Assembly (NCBI GenBank): GCA_018819225.1
Contig: JAHJQN010000003.1
Span: forward strand, 1-64,000
Reading direction: 5' to 3'
DNA from: Candidatus Micrarchaeota archaeon
GTDB lineage: Archaea; Micrarchaeota; Micrarchaeia; Norongarragalinales; SBBD01
DNA length: 64,000 nt
Positions within the stretch are counted from its first letter, which is position 1. The number at the start of each line of letters is the position of its first letter. The notes below the pieces were generated by a model that made no database searches, was not told where the DNA came from, and worked only from the letters and a program-made list of their open reading frames with translations. Below are positions 1-6,376 of this stretch, in pieces. The position numbers and the translations under genes were made by a program.

Positions 1-149
1 TCCCTTGAAAGTTCGGGTTCTTCCTTACAGGTGTCGGCAATATTGACGAGCTTCATCACGACCTCGTCGTAGCTCTCGTTCCGATATTCTTTATACCGGT
101 CCAAACCGGCTTTGGTTTTCTTGCGCAATCGAATCGTACTTGCCTCCAT
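1..149 (-). CDS. Partial small antitoxin-like (ribbon-helix-helix type) protein, runs off the window edge
   Basis: Manual translation MEASTIRLRKKTKAGLDRYKEYRNESYDEVVMKLV... matches the archaeal 'TI.l...TK..L...K....ESYDEVI..L' antitoxin pattern; TATA-like box upstream; alternative ATG at 155. Confidence 0.7.
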   Translation of the reverse strand, partial: MEASTIRLRKKTKAGLDRYKEYRNESYDEVVMKLVNIADTCKEEPELSR

Positions 150-168
150 ATACATCACGCATACAAAA

Positions 169-191
169 ATATACTAAAGTATATATAAAGG
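169..191 (-). promoter_or_regulatory. Near-palindrome ATATACTAAAGTATAT overlapping a TATA box; likely TA autoregulatory operator
   Basis: Inverted repeat at 169-184 adjacent to TTTATATA on the minus strand, about 30 bp upstream of the antitoxin start. Confidence 0.45.
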
Positions 192-220
192 TTCCGTTTC
201 GATAGGTCAACGAAACTCTG

Positions 221-274
221 CTTTCAGCCCAAGACTGCGCTTACTCCCCCCTGCACTCAGACTTGGGCTGGAAG
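221..274. repeat. Structured repeat family 1, copy 1 (core ACTCCCCCCTGCACTCAGA)
   Basis: 17-bp inverted arms 221-237 / 258-274 (15/17); 235-261 matches 1698-1724 at 26/27. Confidence 0.85.
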
Positions 275-281
275 TGCCCGC

Positions 282-551
282 TTACTTGAAAGAGGCGTAC
301 CACTTCTCATACTCCTTGTGCGTGGCAAAGCAGCGTATGATGTAAAGCGTGTCTTCTTTTACTTCGTATACCAGTCGGGATTGTCTCGTCACTTCTTCAA
401 CGAAAAAAGGAACGCCGAAACGCATGTGCCTTCGTGGAAGCTGAAGGCTGATTTTTTCCACGTGTTTCAGGAAGTATTTTCGAAGAGATGTTTCTAGCTC
501 CTTCAGATCCGTTTCAGCATGCTCCGTAAAAAGGACGCGCACGGGATTCAC
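282..551 (-). CDS. RelE/ParE-family toxin
   Basis: 89 aa, 'VLFTEHAETDLKEL...RLVYEV...LYIIRCF.TH.EY' RelE pattern; overlaps upstream antitoxin by 4 nt. Confidence 0.75.
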   Translation of the reverse strand: MNPVRVLFTEHAETDLKELETSLRKYFLKHVEKISLQLPRRHMRFGVPFFVEEVTRQSRLVYEVKEDTLYIIRCFATHKEYEKWYASFK

Positions 552-796
552 TTCGAATATTTTGCCTTGATTTTGTCGAAAGGTATGGTTTTCATCTGCC
601 CGCTTTCCACGAGCCTCATTTCATGATCTACCCCTTTGCGCACGAGCAGTACCTCTTCCTCGTCCACCTTCCGCTCATACGCCATCAACGCCTGGCGAAT
701 TAATTCGGTCTGGTTACCGGCATAACCCTTCTCAATAAGCCGTTTCATCAAGGCCTCATATGGCGGCCCTAAACTCACATTCATATGCTCACCCAA
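548..796 (-). CDS. ParD-like RHH antitoxin
   Basis: 'MNVSLGPPYE..MKRLIEKGYAGNQTELIRQAL' RHH motif; coupled to toxin; start may be the ATG at 784. Confidence 0.75.
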   Translation of the reverse strand: MGEHMNVSLGPPYEALMKRLIEKGYAGNQTELIRQALMAYERKVDEEEVLLVRKGVDHEMRLVESGQMKTIPFDKIKAKYSK

Positions 797-909
797 CGCA
801 CATTAATAATACGTTCTACTATATAAAGATTGCGCATTGGTTTTCGGAGAATAGTCTTCGCGAGGAATTCAGAACAAAAAAGGAATGCGATTAGACTACG
901 TCTTCGCGC

Positions 910-987
910 ACTCCCCCCTGCACTCAGATAGGGTCTAGGCGCAGGCCGGTACGTTTTCATGCCCAGATCCACGAAAAAACGTACCAT
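910..987. repeat. Structured repeat family 1, copy 2
   Basis: 78 bp, 77/78 identical to 1706-1783; contains hairpin GGTACGTTTT...AAAACGTACC at 948-985. Confidence 0.9.
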
Positions 988-1238
988 CCCTGCCAGTTAT
1001 AGGCTGCCTGATTTGGAATCATCGAACGGAATTTCGTCCAAGGCTAAAAAACCTTGGCGAGTTACGTTCTCATGACATTGAAGCCGGCTTCCCTGGTCCT
1101 GACGCGGCCTTTTCCAAACCAAAGAAGCATCCGGCGACGAACAATCGCATTAATAGCAAGTAAAACACGCTTCCTTGGAAACGTCCTTCCGCAACGGTTA
1201 ATAAGTTCTCAGGCGCAAAACGTTTTCGGTGGAATACC

Positions 1239-1439
1239 ATGTACGTTCCGGCATTGAAGAAGAACGCCGTCCATCTGATGCGACGAGAGGCGCTTCGCTT
1301 GCGCGAGGAATACTTGGAGCATGCGGAGGATATGAAACTTTACGCGAACCCGGAGTTCTGGGCGGCAGTTGAGGACGTGGAAAAAGGCAGGACTCGAAAG
1401 CTTTCCCTCAAGCAGCTCCGCAAGGAGTTGAAGCTCTGA
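1239..1439 (+). CDS. Antitoxin (RelB-like), partner of downstream RelE
   Basis: 66 aa with C-terminal 'EFWAAVEDVEKGRTRKLSLKQLRKELKL' typical of archaeal antitoxins; 1 nt before toxin. Confidence 0.7.
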   Translation: MYVPALKKNAVHLMRREALRLREEYLEHAEDMKLYANPEFWAAVEDVEKGRTRKLSLKQLRKELKL

Positions 1440-1440
1440 A

Positions 1441-1692
1441 ATGCCTATCTACTTTTCGGCGTTCAGCCACCGGTTCCTCGGCCAGTTAAAGAAACTGGAT
1501 CGGCGGCAAAAGGAATTGGTTTTCAAGCGGATCGAGAAAATCCTCCGAAATCCCGAGATGGGAAAGCCGCTGCATGCGCCGCTGGCTAACTACCTAAGCG
1601 AACGCTTTGAGAGCCACCGAATAATATTCAAAATACGGGGCAGCACAGTCGAATTCGCGTGGCTGGACAAACGCAAACGGGTTTACGAGTGA
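1441..1692 (+). CDS. RelE/ParE-family toxin
   Basis: 'F..QLKKLD...KRIEKIL.NPEMGKPL...L...S.R...HRIIF.I...V.F...KR..VY' canonical RelE. Confidence 0.85.
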   Translation: MPIYFSAFSHRFLGQLKKLDRRQKELVFKRIEKILRNPEMGKPLHAPLANYLSERFESHRIIFKIRGSTVEFAWLDKRKRVYE

Positions 1693-1693
1693 T

Positions 1694-1783
1694 CCGGCTG
1701 CGCTTACTCCCTCCTGCACTCAGATAGGGTCTAGGCGCAGGCCGGTACGTTTTCATGCCCAGATCCACGAAAAAACGTACCAT
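1694..1783. repeat. Structured repeat family 1, copy 3
   Basis: Starts 2 nt after the toxin stop; arms CCGGCTGCGCTTA / TAGGCGCAGGCCGG plus second hairpin 1744-1781. Confidence 0.9.
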
Positions 1784-1877
1784 TATCGGTTTTTATGGAC
1801 TGCCCGTTCGGTGTTCAACGGAATCGTTTTCGTATTATGCCAAGAATAACAAAACAGTACTTGCCAATGACGAGCCT

Positions 1878-1927
1878 GAAAAATTCGTGCGCATTAAGAT
1901 CGATCTGCAGGAGCGGATTAGGCGGCC
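1878..1927 (+). repeat. Repeat family 2, copy A (coding-like relic EKFVRIKIDLQERIRRP)
   Basis: 38/50 identical to 2833-2882 without gaps. Confidence 0.7.
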
Positions 1928-2139
1928 AAGTTCAGAAAAAATGGCTGATTTGAATATCATATCGATATAACCCAGTCTGTCGGCCTTTAAATACTGGAAA
2001 ATGAACGTCTACTCCAAACATTAAAAAACATCTATTTTCCTATTGTTTAGTATTGCATCCCCGTGTTTGCCCGCATCCTTCGGGGTTGGGCAACTACAGG
2101 CTGGCGTTTCTTTTCCGACTACGCTCAAGGTGGTCATGA

Positions 2140-2334
2140 ATGGATGGGAATTGTTCCGCATTTTCTGAAATCGACCAAGAGAAGTACATCGGTCAGTGGG
2201 TGGCCATCGTGGATAAGAAAATAGTGTCCAGCGGTAAGAGCTTTGCCGATGTCTACGCCAAGGCCAAGAAAAAATTCCCCTCCAAAATACCATTTTTAGC
2301 CCCAGTTACAACCAACAAAGTTTTCATTCTCTAG
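2140..2334 (+). CDS. DUF5678-like small protein
   Basis: 'KYIGQWVAIVDKKIVSSGKS...VY.KAKKKFP...PF' signature. Confidence 0.8.
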   Translation: MDGNCSAFSEIDQEKYIGQWVAIVDKKIVSSGKSFADVYAKAKKKFPSKIPFLAPVTTNKVFIL

Positions 2335-2354
2335 CCTTTCCCAGTGTTTCTTTT

Positions 2355-2807
2355 GTGACCCTGCACTTTGATTACAAGGTCAAGCCTCGCGCCGACGGCT
2401 CGTTTTCACGGAAAATGCCGCTTATTCCAGTCATGCTACGAGGCCCAGACGGAGAATTTGAGACCTTAGCGTTAGTGGATTCGGGCGCGGACTATTCCAC
2501 GATTTTCCTCCAACAGGCGCAAGTGCTCGGTTTGCTTCCTTCAAAGCCGTGGAAGACCGAGCCCGTATTCGGGTTGGGAGGAAAAGTCGAAGTCCTCCGT
2601 TCCGAGCTGAACTTGGCCTTTTCCGGGCGCGGAGAGCATAAGCGGTTTCGGATGCAAGTCCCCTGTTCCATCATCATTGAAGACAAGCCAGAATACAGCG
2701 ATTATCCCGTCATTCTCGGAAGGGAAGGCTTCTTCGATCGATTCAAGATAACCTTCTTCGAATACGCGCAACGGATAGAGTTGTCGGAAGCCCCACTTCC
2801 CCTCTAA
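2355..2807 (+). CDS. Retropepsin-like aspartyl protease
   Basis: 'ALVDSGADYS' catalytic motif and 'ILGREGFFDRFKITF' C-terminal motif. Confidence 0.85.
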   Translation: MTLHFDYKVKPRADGSFSRKMPLIPVMLRGPDGEFETLALVDSGADYSTIFLQQAQVLGLLPSKPWKTEPVFGLGGKVEVLRSELNLAFSGRGEHKRFRMQVPCSIIIEDKPEYSDYPVILGREGFFDRFKITFFEYAQRIELSEAPLPL

Positions 2808-2832
2808 CACACTCTGGGTAATAGATCAGTTC

Positions 2833-2890
2833 GGAAAATTCCTGCGCATCATGGTCGATCTACAGGCGCAGCTCAGGAAGCCGTTTGAAG
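2833..2890 (+). repeat. Repeat family 2, copy B (GKFLRIMVDLQAQLRKPFE)
   Basis: Similar to 1878-1927 (38/50) and to 4791-4829 (30/39). Confidence 0.7.
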
Positions 2891-3004
2891 CTCGAGTATC
2901 ATCGGTATTTATGAAAATAACGCAGGATAGGGGCTATAGGTGCAGTCTGCAGCTTTGAACTCTGAATAAAAAGTTATATATACGAAGAAATAGATACGTA
3001 GTTC

Positions 3005-3190
3005 ATGGGCATATTGGAATTCGCCTTATCGTTGATTGGAGTATCCATAGTGATTGCAATATTACTCTTTGTTACCAATGCAAAAGTAATGGAACAGATT
3101 TTTGGAAATTACTTTGTTGCAGGATTTGCATTAGCTTGTATAATCGGAATGATTTACAAAGGATTGCTAACCGGCCATGTTTCTCGCTGA
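3005..3190 (+). CDS. Small two-TM membrane protein
   Basis: 61 aa with two hydrophobic segments; AAAAG-TTATATAT BRE/TATA-like motif about 30 bp upstream. Confidence 0.55.
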   Translation: MGILEFALSLIGVSIVIAILLFVTNAKVMEQIFGNYFVAGFALACIIGMIYKGLLTGHVSR

Positions 3191-3278
3191 ATTTTCGAAT
3201 AATGGCGTTATAGAGAAACAGCAGTAGGAGGAAATTGGACGGGCAACCATATCATAAATTACCGCTTATCTGGTTCCT

Positions 3279-3770
3279 ATGGCTTCCAATTTATCAGAGA
3301 ATACCGCGATTCGGTTTCTAACCAACATACAAATCCCCGCCAAGGCATATTCGGAAGCGAAGTCTGAGCTTCAACTCAAATTCAAAAAAGAGCCGTCTCC
3401 GGGAGATGTTGCTTGGAGTGTTCTGAATGACTCTATTCTAGAGTGTTCTCATGAAAAAAACTATCAAAAGCTGTCATCTGTATACTATTCGATGGCACTT
3501 CTTCTGGATAAAGAAGGAAAAGACGCATTTACTATTCGGCAACAATCGGCAAAATGGGGGCTTCACCGATACTTAGCGGCAGGGCTCGTTCAAGACGTGC
3601 AGATTTTAAGCGCACGAGATAGCTGCCCCCAATGCAAAAAACTCGAAGGAAAAGTTTTCCCATTAGAAGAAGCTCTTCAAAAGCTTCCAGTTCCGTCGAG
3701 AGCCTGCAGCCGTCCTCTTCACCAGAAAACACGCGGCTTCTGCCGATGTACCTATGTGGCTGTTGTTTGA
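3279..3770 (+). CDS. Hypothetical protein with C-terminal Cys cluster (CPQC...C...CRC), resembling the MuF/minor-head C-terminal motif
   Basis: 'DSCPQCKKLEGKVF...LPVP...C...GFCRCTY'. Confidence 0.55.
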   Translation: MASNLSENTAIRFLTNIQIPAKAYSEAKSELQLKFKKEPSPGDVAWSVLNDSILECSHEKNYQKLSSVYYSMALLLDKEGKDAFTIRQQSAKWGLHRYLAAGLVQDVQILSARDSCPQCKKLEGKVFPLEEALQKLPVPSRACSRPLHQKTRGFCRCTYVAVV

Positions 3771-3811
3771 TTATTATGAAATCTGCATCCAGTTTGTGCT
3801 AACAGCTTTGC

Positions 3812-4174
3812 CTATAGACCAAACCAATGAAATTCCTTTGAAACTTGTAGGAGTAGAAACATCGCTTGTATTACCGTTAAAACGACGACTATTATCGTGA
3901 ATTTTGCCATTTGAACGGTTAAGGCTTCTGTTTTCCATGCGCTTGAAAGCATTGCACCGTTAGAACCAAGAATATAGCATTCTCTACCGTTCGAAGTTAT
4001 TTGTGTTAAAATTCCGCTTGCAATAAGCGTCTTAAGAATCTCGGGCCGTTTTAGAGTTTCGGGGAGTGCGTCTTCAGTAGTAATTACCCATGGAAAGTTG
4101 CGTCCCATCCTTTCAAAAAACTGCCTAGTCTCGTTAATTTGTTGCGCTATTTCCGCATCCGACATTGGTTCCAT
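3812..4174 (-). CDS. Hypothetical protein, possible wHTH-like N-terminus and C-terminal TM helix
   Basis: 120-aa ORF; hydrophobic C-terminus. Confidence 0.55.
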   Translation of the reverse strand: MEPMSDAEIAQQINETRQFFERMGRNFPWVITTEDALPETLKRPEILKTLIASGILTQITSNGRECYILGSNGAMLSSAWKTEALTVQMAKFTIIVVVLTVIQAMFLLLQVSKEFHWFGL

Positions 4175-4218
4175 ATACTCACTTCTTTTTCATTCCGCAA
4201 TTAGTGTTTACTCTACTT

Positions 4219-4503
4219 CTACTTTTTCTCGTTAAGATATTTTTCAATCGTTTCAAAATTCTCATAGGTTTGTACAAAAAGCGTTCGGATAAAAAGAAGA
4301 AATGCGATGAAAAGATAGCTACCAACAAAAAAACTAATTTTTGTAAGCAGATCGCCCCCAATAATAAAAAATGAAACAACGCCCAGAATAATTGCAAATA
4401 TCCCTCGATCCATCGAAAAAATTGCAGAGGTTACTTCCCACCATAATTTTTCCTTTGTAACCAAATGGATTTGTTTCTCAGTTTTGGTGTGGCTAGTCTT
4501 CAT
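4219..4503 (-). CDS. Hypothetical membrane protein
   Basis: 94 aa with two TM-like segments; overlaps upstream ORF. Confidence 0.5.
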   Translation of the reverse strand: MKTSHTKTEKQIHLVTKEKLWWEVTSAIFSMDRGIFAIILGVVSFFIIGGDLLTKISFFVGSYLFIAFLLFIRTLFVQTYENFETIEKYLNEKK

Positions 4504-4732
4504 AAACGCGCAACCCTAGAAGGAGAAAAATAACGCCAAATACAAACAAGAACATATTATTTTGTAAAATGATAGAAGTTGTTTGTGCAGTCAGATTTAC
4601 TATTAGAAAAGAAATTACGTCTGGCGATGGTTTTATGCCGCCAGTTGCGAGCATGACAAAATACGCGCCTAAAGTGAAAAGCAGACCCGCCGTAACTGTT
4701 CTGATCCAATGCTTTATGCTTTGCTTTGCCAT
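4493..4732 (-). CDS. Hypothetical membrane protein
   Basis: 79 aa with two TM-like segments; GGAGAG SD-like motif upstream. Confidence 0.55.
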   Translation of the reverse strand: MAKQSIKHWIRTVTAGLLFTLGAYFVMLATGGIKPSPDVISFLIVNLTAQTTSIILQNNMFLFVFGVIFLLLGLRVYED

Positions 4733-4790
4733 ATTCTCTCCTAAAATATATCTTTAACCTCTTCTTTAACCTGCCGACAATTAACTTCCC

Positions 4791-4829
4791 TGGTCGGTAT
4801 CTAGCCGCAGCTGCGAAAACCGTTTGAAG
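4791..4829 (+). repeat. Repeat family 2, copy C (degenerate, VGI*PQLRKPFE)
   Basis: 30/39 identical to 2852-2890; several differences are synonymous in the shared frame. Confidence 0.6.
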
Positions 4830-4866
4830 TTTGCGGTCTCGATTTAGGAATTGCTAAAATGATGTA

Positions 4867-5499
4867 TTAGGGTTGTGTCATTGATTTTTTCTTTTCATCT
4901 ACAAGGGACTTAGCGCCAAGAGCTTCGGCAAGCTTGCTTTTCATCATTTTTTCCGTAAACTCCTGGTAATCGACGAAGAACGCCACTCCATTGAAAACCA
5001 AAAGCGACTTGAATTCTGGCGTATAGGCTTCATGGATATTTCGTTTAACCAGTTCATCGTGGTTAATCCGTTCAAACATTTCATGCAGCGTATATTTACC
5101 TTCTTTAGCATGTTTTAGCATATCCACCAACGGGCCAAGAGTTGTGACTGATGTGCCCTTTACTACTTCCGGTGGAGGAAGAAACCGTTCCAAGAATTCC
5201 CGTCTCGGTATGAGAAACTCTTGGCCAGCATAAACATTTTCAGCTGTTAGATATGGGCGCAACACATCGACAAGGTAGCTTGCAACTATTGATTGGTCGG
5301 ATGTTGGAAGGATGTTCCGCCTTTTCCCAACACCACCCGGGAGGTTGCTTGTTTCATGCACACTCAATTTGCCATCTTTGGATATGAACGTAATGTGCTT
5401 GTTTGACCCTTCACTACCCATCAGGAAACCGTCCCGGGTACTTGCAAAAACCAAGCTAAAATCCGGGGTTCTAAGCTTTGAGCGCTTAACTTTGCCCAT
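4867..5499 (-). CDS. Hypothetical protein (about 210 aa)
   Basis: Long ORF; the likely start is MGKVKR at 5499, because the longer version overlaps the divergent wHTH gene. Confidence 0.6.
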   Translation of the reverse strand: MGKVKRSKLRTPDFSLVFASTRDGFLMGSEGSNKHITFISKDGKLSVHETSNLPGGVGKRRNILPTSDQSIVASYLVDVLRPYLTAENVYAGQEFLIPRREFLERFLPPPEVVKGTSVTTLGPLVDMLKHAKEGKYTLHEMFERINHDELVKRNIHEAYTPEFKSLLVFNGVAFFVDYQEFTEKMMKSKLAEALGAKSLVDEKKKSMTQP

Positions 5500-5550
5500 G
5501 ATATATCTTAATGAATTAGTAGTTATTATCTGTGCTGTTGGTTGGTTCAT

Positions 5551-5809
5551 ATGTCCAAGCTGTCCCGGCCACCGAGACGCGCGTCGCCGAGCAAATCCTT
5601 GCCTACCTCTACCAAGAGTACGACGAGGCTTGCTCAACGCACATGATGCCGACGAGGTTGTGCGTAGCGACCACTTCGTGCTCCGGGTCCTCGAGAAGCT
5701 CAAGGGAAAGCGGCTGGTGAGCTCGCAGAAGGGACAGAAGAACGCCTTGGAATGGGTGCTTACTGCGCCGGCGCATGCGGCGTATAAAGATAAGGTCAGT
5801 TCTCGATGA
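5551..5809 (+). pseudogene. Frameshifted winged-helix protein gene (DPANN-type)
   Basis: Adding one base near 5566 and one near 5647 gives MSKLSPATETRVAEQILAYLYQEYDEACSTHM(I)ADEVVRSDHFVLRVLEKLKGKRLV...WVLT..AY, a coherent wHTH. Confidence 0.6.
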
Positions 5810-6237
5810 GAAAAAACATTCCGAAATCATTGCAATTGAAAATATGGGCGCGAGATGGTTGGAGCTGCCGGTACTGCGGAGAGGCTGTATTCTTCGCCCC
5901 TACGCTGAAATTGCTTAATGAGCTCAGCCCGGGCCACGGATACTATCATCCTAACGGCAAAACTGGTTCTATGCTTCCTCTCTTCCAAATGCGATGGGCG
6001 TCTGTCGATCATGTCACGCCATTTTCAAAGGGTGGCGAGGATAACGAGCAAAATTACGTTACCGCCTGTTGGGGATGCAATCTAAAATACCGGGAACGGA
6101 CTCATGAACAAGGAAAACCTAGCCCCATAGAAATCAATATGAATGCGAAGAAACTCGGCTGGGATGGCCTCTCCTCAATCTACTTGAAATTATCTAAGAA
6201 ACGGGATGCTTGGACCGCTTTGTTCAATAATGACTGA
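5806..6237 (+). CDS. HNH endonuclease
   Basis: 'RDGWSCRYCG...DHVTPFSKGG....NYVTACWGCN'. Confidence 0.9.
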   Translation: MRKNIPKSLQLKIWARDGWSCRYCGEAVFFAPTLKLLNELSPGHGYYHPNGKTGSMLPLFQMRWASVDHVTPFSKGGEDNEQNYVTACWGCNLKYRERTHEQGKPSPIEINMNAKKLGWDGLSSIYLKLSKKRDAWTALFNND

Positions 6238-6376
6238 ATGTCATGGAATGGAAGCTCAAGGCCCCGTGAATGCAGCGTATAATGCAAAGGCGGTGCAGTC
6301 AAATCACCTTTCAAACGGAAGTGGAGTTCCACCCCATTTTATAAACATAAATCTGGTCTTTGAATAGGGTCTTTAA

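Noticed and set aside
221-1783. CRISPR array or canonical integron attC interpretation of repeat family 1
   Set aside because: Spacing is 670-800 bp with whole genes between copies, no cas genes are present, and the RYYYAAC/GTTRRRY boxes of attC are missing.
5312-5809. 165-aa plus-strand ORF and the 278-aa long form of 4867-5703
   Set aside because: Both are explained by antisense overlap plus pieces of the frameshifted wHTH gene.
6238-6376. Possible tRNA fragment or att site before the R-M gene
   Set aside because: Only a short palindrome (GTGGAGTTCCAC) is present; no T-loop consensus or cloverleaf.
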